From a virus: a stretch of 64,000 bases of DNA. The DNA is taken from IMG/VR virus record IMGVR_UViG_3300009506_000001, positions 91,246-155,245 of that record; one strand, written 5' to 3'. The translations under genes and the position numbers were made by a program. Under the pieces are notes generated by a model, which saw only the letters and a program-made list of their open reading frames with translations, was not told the DNA's origin and ran no database searches. Of the stretch, positions 29,226 through 38,935 are shown one piece after another; positions within the stretch are counted from its first letter, which is position 1; the number at the start of each line of letters is the position of its first letter.

Positions 29226-31110
29226 CTTGTAACCACCTTTTCCGAACATCACTGTCCGGTCCGAATAGAAGTTTTAGCGTTGCTGCCATGTTACCATCAT
29301 CTATAACTGGAACGAGAGTATCAGTCTTACCGGACAGAATCATCTCCCAGTCTTCCTTCACCATGCTACCAAGTCCTTTGTAGTAACGGACTTCGTAACC
29401 ACGATACTTGCCCTTTTGTTTTTCATATTCTTTACGAGTGGCAAAATGAATTCGTTGTTTGCCTTTGACAAGGCACACGTTTGGAGCAACCAATCGGTAC
29501 ACGATTGGATCGTAATTTTTGTCGAACAGCTCAGGCCATTGATAGAATAGGTTGACAAGCAGTGTAAAGATATCACCACCGTCAACGTCAGCGTCAGTTG
29601 CGATAACGATCTTGCCAAAACGTAGTTCACTACGCAATGCCTTCCTGCCAGGAATGAGACCAATTGCAGCGAGTAAGTTCGTAATTTTGCCCATCTTTAG
29701 CAACTGTGCAGGAGTGCAACCATACACGTTGTTGATCTTACCAGTGAGAGGAAACGAAGCAGTTGTCTTTGGATCTCGTGCCTCAGTGATCATGCTGGCA
29801 GCGGATAGACCTTCAGTAATGAGCAATTGTGTCAGAGCACGATTCTTGTGTGTTGCATCAGTGAGGCCCGCTACTTTCTTCTTGAGACCCTTTGAGTGTT
29901 CTTTGATTGCTTTGGCGTTCGCTTTTGAGTGGTGACGAATCATTGCACGTTCGAGCACTTGTTCAAGCCATCCCTTTTGCTGTCGGGAGAAAGAACGCCA
30001 AGCGTCTTCGACCATCTTTTGCATATCAGTGCGAAGGTTTGGGCCAGTTAGGCGAGTTTTGCTCTGTGCATCATATTCGGGATTAGCAATACGAAGGTTG
30101 CCAAATACAAGCAGCCCTTCACGTACGTCATTCTTGGTTACCTCGGCCTTCTCCTTTTTGGCCTGAGGCTGTAGGTGTTTGATAGCCTTATCAATAAAGG
30201 CATTCATGAACTGAGTGTTACACAAGCCGCCATCAAACAGAAGCGAACTGTTCACCCAAGTGAATACCTGTTCATCCACAGAAGAGTTTACACCAAATAC
30301 AACATAGAACTCCATATCGCCTGCTTGAAACTTGTAGTACGAGCCTTCACCAAGTACGTTGTTCTTGATGATCTTCTTGACCATTTCTTCCATGCCTTTA
30401 TTGTACTTGTACCTCTGTTTGTTGTATGAAACGCCTACGCCAGGATTGGTCATGGCAATTTCAACAGCACGATTCCGCATCAAGTTGTCAGGCAGAGTAA
30501 TGTCACTGAATACTTCAGGGTCGAGGGTGAATGTGATTTCGGTACCAGTCTTTGCTGGTCCCTTGCGGATAGATGGCTTGCTGATCTTCGAAGCACCGTT
30601 ACTGAACGACTGCTGATAACACTTGCCACTGCGGTTGATTTTAACATGGAAGTCAACCGAACAGAAGTTTGTACAAGCTGAACCGACACCGTTCTGTCCA
30701 ATGACACCAGCCTCTTTATCGTCAGAAAAGTTACGTCCTGAACGCAACGAGGCAAGTGCTACTTCTGGTGTGTACTTGCCTGTCTCGTGTTTATCAATTG
30801 GAATGCCACGGCCGTTATCGGCAATGAGATACTCACCAAGCAGCGGATTGGCTTCAATTGTGAGCTGCTTATTTTTGATATCAATGTGAGCAAACTCATC
30901 AACACTGTTGTCAAGGATCTCACCGATTGCTTTGTAGACGGCAGGGATGAAGGTTACTTCTTCAACTCGAAACTGTCCATCCTCGAAAATGGGAATCTGA
31001 TAAGGGGTGGGGTGCATGTTCCCCAAGTATATCTGAGTACGAAGTCGCACGTGCTCCTGATCGCTCAGAACCTGAATGTCTTTTCCTGTATATTCTTTTT
31101 TTCGTGCCAT
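29218..31110 (-). CDS. type IIA topoisomerase, ATPase/TOPRIM subunit (gp39+60/GyrB-like)
   Basis: EILDNSVDE, DNGRGIP, GQNGVG, TEGLSA, DADVDG and YYKGLG motifs. Confidence 0.95.
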   Translation of the reverse strand: MARKKEYTGKDIQVLSDQEHVRLRTQIYLGNMHPTPYQIPIFEDGQFRVEEVTFIPAVYKAIGEILDNSVDEFAHIDIKNKQLTIEANPLLGEYLIADNGRGIPIDKHETGKYTPEVALASLRSGRNFSDDKEAGVIGQNGVGSACTNFCSVDFHVKINRSGKCYQQSFSNGASKISKPSIRKGPAKTGTEITFTLDPEVFSDITLPDNLMRNRAVEIAMTNPGVGVSYNKQRYKYNKGMEEMVKKIIKNNVLGEGSYYKFQAGDMEFYVVFGVNSSVDEQVFTWVNSSLLFDGGLCNTQFMNAFIDKAIKHLQPQAKKEKAEVTKNDVREGLLVFGNLRIANPEYDAQSKTRLTGPNLRTDMQKMVEDAWRSFSRQQKGWLEQVLERAMIRHHSKANAKAIKEHSKGLKKKVAGLTDATHKNRALTQLLITEGLSAASMITEARDPKTTASFPLTGKINNVYGCTPAQLLKMGKITNLLAAIGLIPGRKALRSELRFGKIVIATDADVDGGDIFTLLVNLFYQWPELFDKNYDPIVYRLVAPNVCLVKGKQRIHFATRKEYEKQKGKYRGYEVRYYKGLGSMVKEDWEMILSGKTDTLVPVIDDGNMAATLKLLFGPDSDVRKRWLQDD

Positions 31111-31970
31111 TATTTCTTTCCATCTAAGTGTTTCAGCAGCGTCTCTCGGAAGCTACTTTTCGGAGCATCACTTTCCACAGTTGTATATGCCCGATCAACT
31201 TTTTCTTTTGCAATGATTGGGTCGAAGGCAGGTGTACATCGTTCGGCAGCAGTCATCATAAAGCCAACAGCCAGTTCATAACTGATGCCCCGACCTTTTA
31301 GGAACCAAGCGAATTTATTCAGTTGCTCGTCACGCTGACCTTCCGTCATGCCGCTGATAACGGACTCTAAGTTTAACCGTCCGTCGTCCTTTTGTCCAAC
31401 CATCTCGACAAGCTTGTATGTCCAAGGCTGCATTGGAGATATGGGTAGGTCAATATCGTTCCAACGATACTCTAACCACTCACCGTTGATATTACGAGAG
31501 GAGGGTGCAACGATGATCTGTCCACCCGCACCACGCGTGTCGATACCAGGTAGAATATTGGAGGTGGTCTTTACTTGGTAATCGTCATCCCATTGGAATA
31601 GCAAATGGATACCGCCAGTCGGCGTTTTGCCAGCGAGATACTTTTTAATATTGAAGACGAAATCTTCACCGAAAAAGTTAGAGAGACTCTCCAACCCATT
31701 AACTTCATCCTTTTCCTCAGTCGCATCACGCATGTCAATGTCGCAGACCCAGAAACCACTTTCTGGTCCGGTGAGGATGCCGACGTTAGCAGACGGAAAT
31801 TCCATCCACCACTTAACGATCTGTCGTTCATCGACAGATGCGTTCTTCGACCATTGTTGGATCAGAGGACGTTTGTTCTTGCTAACAGGTAAGACATGCC
31901 AACCTCTTTCGGTTGCATACATCAAAGCATGTTCAAGAGTACGTTCTTGAAACTTATTCAATTTCGCCAT
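31110..31970 (-). CDS. bifunctional DNA primase/polymerase (Prim-Pol) with PriCT domain
   Basis: GW.VLP, ANVGILTG, DID, TPTGGIH and IDTRG..G.IIVAPS motifs. Confidence 0.85.
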   Translation of the reverse strand: MAKLNKFQERTLEHALMYATERGWHVLPVSKNKRPLIQQWSKNASVDERQIVKWWMEFPSANVGILTGPESGFWVCDIDMRDATEEKDEVNGLESLSNFFGEDFVFNIKKYLAGKTPTGGIHLLFQWDDDYQVKTTSNILPGIDTRGAGGQIIVAPSSRNINGEWLEYRWNDIDLPISPMQPWTYKLVEMVGQKDDGRLNLESVISGMTEGQRDEQLNKFAWFLKGRGISYELAVGFMMTAAERCTPAFDPIIAKEKVDRAYTTVESDAPKSSFRETLLKHLDGKK

Positions 31971-32015
31971 GCAGCTACTATACTGAATTTAAGACTAAAA
32001 GTCAAATTCCCAATT

Positions 32016-32573
32016 TTAAAAGGGTTCGAAACTGTCTTTAAATAGGTCAAGCAGTAGGGTCATTGTGTGTTCGTTTGTGGGTACTGTGATGAACTCCTGA
32101 CCCAACTCTCTCAGGCTATTCTTAATAGCCTCATCGATCGCTTGTGACTCTTCCAAGTTGTGATCACGCCCATTTGTTTCAAAGTGAGTAGGACGTTCAA
32201 GGAAGATGTTGATGTTGTCGTAGGTGTCATTGACAGCTACAACAAAATCAAGGAAAGCATCAAGAGCAGGCCAAGGACTGACACCCCTTTGCTGTTCGTT
32301 CATCTTTGGATAGATGTAGGAGAACAAGATTGGACTATCTACGATTGCGTAGTCAACATTGTTACGCAACCGACGGATTCGCTTCTGTTGTTCTACAAAG
32401 ATGTCTTCTTGTTTGTCGAGCATCTCTTGAAGACGACCTTCCCAAACAAGTTCCTTTGCGTATTCTGTCACCAAATCGACACTCTGGTGACGCATTTTCA
32501 TGAAGTAGAAAAGGCCTGCGGCAGTAGTGCTTTTACCTGATCCAGGCCCACCGAACAAATTGATTACTTTCAC
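32016..32573 (-). CDS. P-loop ATPase/kinase (NadR/AAA_28-like)
   Basis: INLFGGPGSGKST, EYAKELVW and DSP motifs. Confidence 0.85.
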   Translation of the reverse strand: MKVINLFGGPGSGKSTTAAGLFYFMKMRHQSVDLVTEYAKELVWEGRLQEMLDKQEDIFVEQQKRIRRLRNNVDYAIVDSPILFSYIYPKMNEQQRGVSPWPALDAFLDFVVAVNDTYDNINIFLERPTHFETNGRDHNLEESQAIDEAIKNSLRELGQEFITVPTNEHTMTLLLDLFKDSFEPF

Positions 32574-33265
32574 TTGGCAGCTTTCTTTTTAGATGCTCGC
32601 TTTTTCCTTGGCTGTGGTTGTTTAGCTGCTTCCTTTTCAGCCTCTTTGGCTTTCTGCTCTGCTTCGAGATGTTTCACAAACAACTGTAGTCGTTCACGAA
32701 CCTCTGACGAAGTCATCCAGAAATCTTCACCAGCCAACATACGATTGATCTCTTCTTCCGTCATGAAACCCAAATACGTATCTCTAGCCAGTTCTGCATA
32801 CCACCGAGCTGTTGCGGTTGCCGAAGCAAGATACTCATGGCCTTTGCCATAAGCACCACCACTATGGTTGTGGATCATAAACAGACAGTGGTCATTAACT
32901 ACCATTTCATCACCGTGAAGGAATAGTAGTGTACCTAAAGAGCATACCTCACCTTCCAGCACTGTGACAACATGGCCTTGGCTCATCTTCATCGCACTGA
33001 TGATCTGAATGCCTGTGCTAATGTAACCACCAGGAGTGTTTAAGTAGATGTAGATGACATCATGAGGACCAGCGGCCTTGATACGCTGAATCATCTCGAC
33101 GTAATCTTTTGGAGCACCAATTGAATCGCTTATATAGAAGTGGTATTGTTTCCCTGCAAGAGGAGCCTCGTAGAATTGAACCGCAGGTTCTTTCTCTGAA
33201 TCATCACCACCAGATTCGTATTCGTACTCTTCTTCCTCTGTCGCAACCTTCTTCGTTTTGCTCAT
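32570..33265 (-). CDS. clpP: ClpP-like serine protease
   Basis: YLNTPGG, CSLG (Ser), MIH (His) and DFWM (Asp). Confidence 0.85.
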   Translation of the reverse strand: MSKTKKVATEEEEYEYESGGDDSEKEPAVQFYEAPLAGKQYHFYISDSIGAPKDYVEMIQRIKAAGPHDVIYIYLNTPGGYISTGIQIISAMKMSQGHVVTVLEGEVCSLGTLLFLHGDEMVVNDHCLFMIHNHSGGAYGKGHEYLASATATARWYAELARDTYLGFMTEEEINRMLAGEDFWMTSSEVRERLQLFVKHLEAEQKAKEAEKEAAKQPQPRKKRASKKKAAK

Positions 33266-33268
33266 GTT

Positions 33269-33427
33269 TTATTTTTCTTTGTGGAGCAGTTCTGCGACTT
33301 TTGCCTTAGCAACTAGAAATAGTTCTATGGCCTTAACCTGTAGTCTCTTTGCAAGCTCAGGCTGTGGGAAGTTCCAACCAACGTAGGCACCAACAACTAC
33401 ACCTACGGCAAGACTTAATACGGACAT
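33269..33427 (-). CDS. 52-aa membrane protein (not in ORF track)
   Basis: MSVLSLAVGVVVGAYVGWNFPQP...; GGGAG SD. Confidence 0.6.
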   Translation of the reverse strand: MSVLSLAVGVVVGAYVGWNFPQPELAKRLQVKAIELFLVAKAKVAELLHKEK

Positions 33428-33456
33428 CTCACGTTCTCCCTTATTATTGTTATAAA

Positions 33457-33720
33457 TGGGAGCCTTTATTTGGTAACAAGGAAAAGGCTCCTCTATAAAA
33501 CCCCGATGAGGCTTACGCTGCTAGGCGAAGGTCCTCATAGTAGTTGTCATCGTTTGCAACTAAAGTTTTGTGCTGGTTACGCCAGTCACCTCTCGGCTAT
33601 CTCCTGTCCTCTTATTCGCCCCGTCGAATGCCGTGTCATCCCCAATAACTACTTGTTTTAGTGGAGAAGATGGGAGTCGAACCCATGTCCGCAACGCTTC
33701 CAATTTCTATCATCGATAGC
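33457..33720 (-). ncRNA. ssrA: circularly permuted (two-piece) tmRNA, tag (A)ANDDNYYEDLRLAA
   Basis: T-arm plus CTTCTCCA 3' acceptor strand (33686-33662) precedes the 5' end GGGGATG..ATTCGAC (from 33643); G3-U70 pair; tag ORF at 33557-33513. Confidence 0.88.
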
Positions 33721-33792
33721 AGTGGTATTTATTGTCTAAATGCCACACCTCAGATTATACTGAGAGACGCTTGATAAGACAACAAAAACTAA

Positions 33793-34203
33793 TTAGGGAG
33801 ATGTATAGACGAAGCTACCCTGAGACATACATTCGGAGAAAAATTGCACGTAAAAATGGTCGAGATCCATCTTGGGGTGACGATAAACCGTGTAAAACAT
33901 ACGGGAAAGTTCGAGATACGTCGCTTGGAGCAGGTGATGACCCTGGCTTCTGGCTGTTTCTACTGAGGCATTCAGCTCAGCCAGTGCTTCGCTACGGGTT
34001 TTGCCCTTATCACGAAGGTCAAAGGCTGTTGCTCCTGTTGCAACAACATGGTTACACTCATCTATCTGTTCCTTTGGGAAATCACCGACGTGGGAGTGTG
34101 CCTGTGTCCAGCGAATTGAATCGCTCAGATAGAACATCGTGTAGGCGTGGGCGGAGGTCATAAGGCCCATAGTCAAAAATGCTGCGAGAATCGATTTACG
34201 CAT
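33793..34203 (-). CDS. secreted hypothetical protein
   Basis: Signal peptide MRKSILAAFLTMGLMTSAHA. Confidence 0.65.
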   Translation of the reverse strand: MRKSILAAFLTMGLMTSAHAYTMFYLSDSIRWTQAHSHVGDFPKEQIDECNHVVATGATAFDLRDKGKTRSEALAELNASVETARSQGHHLLQATYLELSRMFYTVYRHPKMDLDHFYVQFFSECMSQGSFVYTSP

Positions 34204-34213
34204 GATATTCCCC

Positions 34214-34702
34214 TTATTTGTTCCACTCGTCTTGCAGTTCCTCCTGATATTCCTCGACTGCATCGATTTCTTTGATGGTATCTCGGATGTCAGGGAGTTC
34301 TGCGATGTCCAAATCGCCAATGTCGTAAGACAATGTGATATGCGGTTTGTACTCGTCAAAATCATATGTAGCCTCGTGTTCATCCATGAGTTCTTTGTGA
34401 CGCTTGTTCATTTCAGGGGCATCGAGCTTAACCACCAGGGCGTTCTTTTTGGACTGTGTTGGCCAGACTTCCATTTTGCCAACCTTGCATTTGATAGGCT
34501 TGTCCAGCTGACCCAATGCCTCATAATCGGGGCAAGGCTTTCTACTGTACAGAAGCGTTGTATGAACCTTTTCAGGGTCAAGTGGATTAGGAAGGTTGTT
34601 GTCTTTGGCATATTTGCTGAGCAGTGCTACGCCATCTTTGTCGTACTTGTATCCAGCGTATGTCCCTGCTTCCTTCTTTTCCATTAGTTCTTGTAACCTC
34701 AT
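34214..34702 (-). CDS. acb1: anti-CBASS 2H phosphoesterase (T4 gp57B/Acb1-like)
   Basis: GTYAG, HTTLLYSR and YKPHITLSY (two HxT motifs). Confidence 0.82.
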   Translation of the reverse strand: MRLQELMEKKEAGTYAGYKYDKDGVALLSKYAKDNNLPNPLDPEKVHTTLLYSRKPCPDYEALGQLDKPIKCKVGKMEVWPTQSKKNALVVKLDAPEMNKRHKELMDEHEATYDFDEYKPHITLSYDIGDLDIAELPDIRDTIKEIDAVEEYQEELQDEWNK

Positions 34703-35286
34703 TTTGTGGTCCTCTGATACTTCATAAACATCAGTTTTTCGTCATCGTTGGTTTTACCTTCGGCGATTCGGAATTTCTTGGTTAGGTATTCGAGCGGGAA
34801 GAATCTATCACAGTCGTAATAGTCATTCACTATTGTCATGTATACCGTGTGTACAAAGGGCAGCGACTCAACAAATAGTTTCTCACCACCGATCACGAAT
34901 ATCGGCCGCTTGTCATCTTCTGGAAGATCGGCGATGGCCTGGATCAAAGATGAAGCAACATCGGCCCCTTCTGCTTTGTAGTTCTCCTGCCGTGTCAGAA
35001 CAATGCAGTGGCGACTAGGGAGAATCTTGCTAACCTTCCTCTTTTTCTTTTGTCGGGCCTTCACCATCTCGAGCATATCCTCATACGTCTTACGACCCAT
35101 GATACAAATGCTGTCCTTTGTGACTTCTTTAAAGTGTTTGAGGTCCTCAGGAAAGTGCCACGGAATTTTTCCGTCTTTGCCGAACCCACCAGCTTTGTCA
35201 ACACCAACAATGATGTTGAGGGGCTTCTGGATAGGACCGACGCCCATGAGACGAGGTTCTTGTGGCCGACCATTAACAAATATCAT
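34699..35286 (-). CDS. folA: dihydrofolate reductase
   Basis: G..G.IPW..EDL..FK, IMGRKTY, LPSR and VIGG motifs. Confidence 0.93.
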   Translation of the reverse strand: MIFVNGRPQEPRLMGVGPIQKPLNIIVGVDKAGGFGKDGKIPWHFPEDLKHFKEVTKDSICIMGRKTYEDMLEMVKARQKKKRKVSKILPSRHCIVLTRQENYKAEGADVASSLIQAIADLPEDDKRPIFVIGGEKLFVESLPFVHTVYMTIVNDYYDCDRFFPLEYLTKKFRIAEGKTNDDEKLMFMKYQRTTK

Positions 35287-35606
35287 CTTTTCCTATACCT
35301 TGATCGTGTGGAGCCTGGCAACGTTGGACGATCGACAAGTCGTTCTTTACGTTTCTTTTTCGGTTCTACGTTTGGTTGTGGAATGTCATCAACTTTCTTT
35401 TGTGCCTGCTCTGCACGACGTTTACGTAGAATATCAGAGCGGCTGCAACACTCAACGTGAGCATTGTAAACGTGCGAGACAATATTCTCGTGACACTTCG
35501 GACACTCAAAGCAACACGGAATGGGATGTTTTACCTCAGGGTCTGTGTGGCACTCACAATGACATACATCGTTGCTTGGCTTTAATTTTTTGTTTTCTCT
35601 TCTCAT
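35283..35606 (-). CDS. Cys-rich hypothetical protein
   Basis: CHCECH...CC.ECPKC. Confidence 0.6.
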   Translation of the reverse strand: MRRENKKLKPSNDVCHCECHTDPEVKHPIPCCFECPKCHENIVSHVYNAHVECCSRSDILRKRRAEQAQKKVDDIPQPNVEPKKKRKERLVDRPTLPGSTRSRYRKR

Positions 35607-35941
35607 CAGTCCCTTGTTTTTCGATTAAGAATGTGATACTCGATCACGGTTGTATTCAAACATCCTGGCTGTTTGTAATATACTTCGAACAGATACTCTT
35701 TTGCGAGGTTGGAAAACGATCTGTTGTTTCTCTTGTCACAAATAACTTTTGGCTGTTCGATTTTACCACTCTCCTCAATTTCGAGAAGGTAGTCTTCGAT
35801 AACTTCGACGAAAGACTCACGGTGGCTCTCGCTGGTCCATTTGACGCCGAACGATCCTATGGCATCGTAAATTGCATCGTTGATCTCGTTGAAAAGTGCT
35901 TTGCTATTGACACTCTTTTGAACTACTTTGATTTTCTTCAC
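35606..35941 (-). CDS. hypothetical protein
   Basis: GTG start overlapping the thyA stop, GGAGGT SD. Confidence 0.6.
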   Translation of the reverse strand: MKKIKVVQKSVNSKALFNEINDAIYDAIGSFGVKWTSESHRESFVEVIEDYLLEIEESGKIEQPKVICDKRNNRSFSNLAKEYLFEVYYKQPGCLNTTVIEYHILNRKTRD

Positions 35942-36891
35942 ACCGACACCTCCATTTTCAGTAAAGGATGACACTCGTATTTAACGATTTCGAAATCTTC
36001 GAAAGTGAAATCCGTGATCTCCTTGACGTCGGGGTTCAACTTGAGATATGGTGATGGATATGGGTCACGAGTCAACTGTTGAACAAGTGGACCGAAGTGG
36101 TTTTCGTAAATGTGCACATCACCACCATTCCAAATGAATTCCCCTGGAACCATATTTACGACTTGAGCAATCATGTGCAAGAAAATACTGTACTGCACAA
36201 TGTTGAATGGAACACCAAGTCCGACGTCACAAGAACGCTGGTTGAGCATCAGGGATAGTTCATATTTCGGCACGCCACGATTATCGAAGATTTCGTGCGT
36301 CGCATCGAGGTGAAGGTTGCCATCGTATCCGATACGCTCTGTGCGAGTCAGCGGACGAGTGTAAAACTGGAACGCATAGTGACAAGGAGGAAGTGCCATG
36401 TTAGGCAGTTCAGCAACATTCCACGCACTGATGATCAAGCGACGATCCATTGGGTTGTTGCGAAGCTTGTCGATCAGCATAGCGAGCTGGTCGATTCCCT
36501 TTTTGTGTCCAACGAGCTTGCTTTCGTAAGTTTCTGGATCAAGCTGGTATTCGTCCTTTCCACCCCAGTCTCGCCACTGGGCACCGTACACGGGACCAAG
36601 ATCACCGTTCTCGTCGGCCCACTCGTTCCAGATTCGTACACCGTTGTCTTGTAGGTACTTGATGTTTGAATCGCCCATGATGTACCACAGCAGCTCGTGG
36701 ATGATGCTACGGGTGTGCATCTTTTTGGTGGTAAGCAATGGGATCGTACCATCACTCAGATCGAACCGCATCTGTCGAGAGAACACAGCGAAGGTGTCCA
36801 TGCCTGTGCGATTCTCTTTGCGGACGCCATTGTTGACGACGTCATTTACAAGATTCAGATACTGCCAGTCGTGGGATTTCTCGTTATTCAT
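35938..36891 (-). CDS. thyA: thymidylate synthase
   Basis: RTG, PLLTTKK, IWNEW, GPVYG.QW, LPPCH and QRSCD..LGVPFN motifs. Confidence 0.96.
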   Translation of the reverse strand: MNNEKSHDWQYLNLVNDVVNNGVRKENRTGMDTFAVFSRQMRFDLSDGTIPLLTTKKMHTRSIIHELLWYIMGDSNIKYLQDNGVRIWNEWADENGDLGPVYGAQWRDWGGKDEYQLDPETYESKLVGHKKGIDQLAMLIDKLRNNPMDRRLIISAWNVAELPNMALPPCHYAFQFYTRPLTRTERIGYDGNLHLDATHEIFDNRGVPKYELSLMLNQRSCDVGLGVPFNIVQYSIFLHMIAQVVNMVPGEFIWNGGDVHIYENHFGPLVQQLTRDPYPSPYLKLNPDVKEITDFTFEDFEIVKYECHPLLKMEVSV

Positions 36892-36899
36892 TATTACCT

Positions 36900-38177
36900 C
36901 TAGTATCGAGTTGGATATCTTTCGTTGTTATATTCGATCAATACCTGGTGGGCAACTGCCCGATGTTCAAGGTCCTTAATATTGATCTTTTGCTCGCTGC
37001 GAACTTGCCAAGAGCGAGCACCGTAAGAGAAACGTTGGCTCTGGGTTGGCAACTGTTCTTTCAGTTTGGTTTCTCGTTGTCCATTGAGAAGTTTAACACG
37101 GTACACTTCCTGGAGATCGAGTATGCCTTGAGGGCGGGCATGCTCGATCATCCACGTGCTTTCATTGGTGAAGGTCAGTATGATATTCTCGTGCTCTGGT
37201 ATGGTTGGAGAATTGTACGTAACGTTGTCGTCAATCAACTCTTGGAGCACAGTATACGTAACTGGCTGTAGAACGGTGCGATAGTCGTCATCCTTAATCG
37301 GTTTCGGTGAAACAAAGATGACGGGCTCACCGTCTCGTGTCAGTGTGTCCACTCTATATCGGCTACGCAGTGCCTTGTTGATACGTGCAGCTCCCTCTTC
37401 GAGAGTGATTTCTTTTTTAGCCCTTGCAACAATCTTAGCCAACTTTGGTGACGGTACCATCAGGATACGATGGTTGCCAGGCATGCGAAAGAAGTGGTTC
37501 TTCTTTTTGCTCTTTGTAAGGACACGAAGGTTCCGCTGATAATCGTATCGATCATAATCACCGGAACTCCAATCGGTCCTTAGAAAGTGATGATAGCCAA
37601 GGTACGTACCAACGGTACCGTTTTTGAGCTCGACCTGATCACCAAGGCTAACTTCCTTTATGGACACATTGCTGTTGTGCCGTTTGGTGTCCTCTATTGC
37701 CTGCTGATACGGTTCGGAGTGTTCGGGAAGCAGAACGACTTTGCTGCCACCAGTTGTGTTCCATCCCCACTTGCACTTGCCTTGGATTTCGCCATTGACA
37801 ATTGTGGAGCAGTCCATAATAGCGGCCATGTTGGCAGAGCTGATCTCAAGTTCAAAGCCACGAGGGTCTTCGATACGCCAAACAACATTACCACCGCCCC
37901 AACTAGCATCCCGCCGAACCTCACGAGCGATCTGGAATCCTCCTAACAGATCGTTGTCGATAATCTTGGAAGGCAGTGCATCAATCTTTTGCCAATAGCG
38001 ACCACTGGCCCAGGAGTCGATCGTTTCTTTACGCTTTTCGAACTTTGCGTTTTCTTCATAGTACGTAGCAAACCCAAGTAACACTTCCTTGCAGTCCTTT
38101 TTAGGAGTGTTCCACGATTCGCCTTCGTGTCTTTTCTGAAAGCCAATGTATATTTGTTTGGAAACGATGATAGCCAT
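36900..38177 (-). CDS. hypothetical conserved jumbo-phage protein
   Basis: 425 aa, contains [15 protein letters not shown]. Confidence 0.7.
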   Translation of the reverse strand: MAIIVSKQIYIGFQKRHEGESWNTPKKDCKEVLLGFATYYEENAKFEKRKETIDSWASGRYWQKIDALPSKIIDNDLLGGFQIAREVRRDASWGGGNVVWRIEDPRGFELEISSANMAAIMDCSTIVNGEIQGKCKWGWNTTGGSKVVLLPEHSEPYQQAIEDTKRHNSNVSIKEVSLGDQVELKNGTVGTYLGYHHFLRTDWSSGDYDRYDYQRNLRVLTKSKKKNHFFRMPGNHRILMVPSPKLAKIVARAKKEITLEEGAARINKALRSRYRVDTLTRDGEPVIFVSPKPIKDDDYRTVLQPVTYTVLQELIDDNVTYNSPTIPEHENIILTFTNESTWMIEHARPQGILDLQEVYRVKLLNGQRETKLKEQLPTQSQRFSYGARSWQVRSEQKINIKDLEHRAVAHQVLIEYNNERYPTRY

Positions 38178-38395
38178 TAGTCACCTACAATCTCATAAAG
38201 GTCAGACATTTTAACCCACTTCTTCCAGCTACCACTTTCTAGGTTAGCGGGAGTAATTTCATACAGTACGCTTGGAGCGGCAGCTGTACGCCGTGTAGTC
38301 GTTCTGCGTTCTTTTTTCGCAGTGCGACCAGTCATAACAACTTCCACGTTGTCGTAGACGTATTTCTTACTGTTGGTTTCTGAGGATTCGCTCAT
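38177..38395 (-). CDS. hypothetical protein
   Basis: Coupled ORF. Confidence 0.55.
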   Translation of the reverse strand: MSESSETNSKKYVYDNVEVVMTGRTAKKERRTTTRRTAAAPSVLYEITPANLESGSWKKWVKMSDLYEIVGD

Positions 38396-38693
38396 ATTTG
38401 TCGCCCTTCTCAGAAATTGCAACGTGCAAGTCCTCAACCAAATCGTATGGCGACTTGTCGGGATACAGTTGCGTCAAACAACCGATAATAACGTTGATCA
38501 TATCGGCCGCCTCGTGGATCGGATCTTCCTTTACTTCTTTGTGTTGCAAATACCCAAGATGGTGAAGCACTGACTCACTGAACTCACCGAACTCTTCGGC
38601 CAGTTTCACGTTCAGCACAAGAGGGTGGCCCTCTTCGAGCTCTCGGGTTAGTGCGAAAAGGGAAAGGATCTCTTCATAAAGTTGTGCTTTCAT
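38367..38693 (-). CDS. MazG-like NTP pyrophosphatase
   Basis: KLAEEFGEF...HEAAD motif. Confidence 0.75.
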   Translation of the reverse strand: MKAQLYEEILSLFALTRELEEGHPLVLNVKLAEEFGEFSESVLHHLGYLQHKEVKEDPIHEAADMINVIIGCLTQLYPDKSPYDLVEDLHVAISEKGDKYERILRNQQ

Positions 38694-38935
38694 CGTCTGT
38701 ACCTGTCTGCTTGGTCCTGATCGGCTCGTGCCCTGTTTCGAATACGAACATAGTCGAATACTAAAAGTTCAAACGCTCGGACGAGGTCGGCGTTTGTCAT
38801 GTTATCGTAATCGTATGCACGTTTGTCGGTTGGATCGTAGAATGAAATTCCATCAACATACGACTCAATTCTGTAAATGACGACCTCTCTGCATGTTCTC
38901 TCGTCTTTCATTTTACTTCTTCTTATACTGGTCAA
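38690..38935 (-). CDS. hypothetical protein
   Basis: Coupled ORF. Confidence 0.5.
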   Translation of the reverse strand: MTSIRRSKMKDERTCREVVIYRIESYVDGISFYDPTDKRAYDYDNMTNADLVRAFELLVFDYVRIRNRARADQDQADRYRR

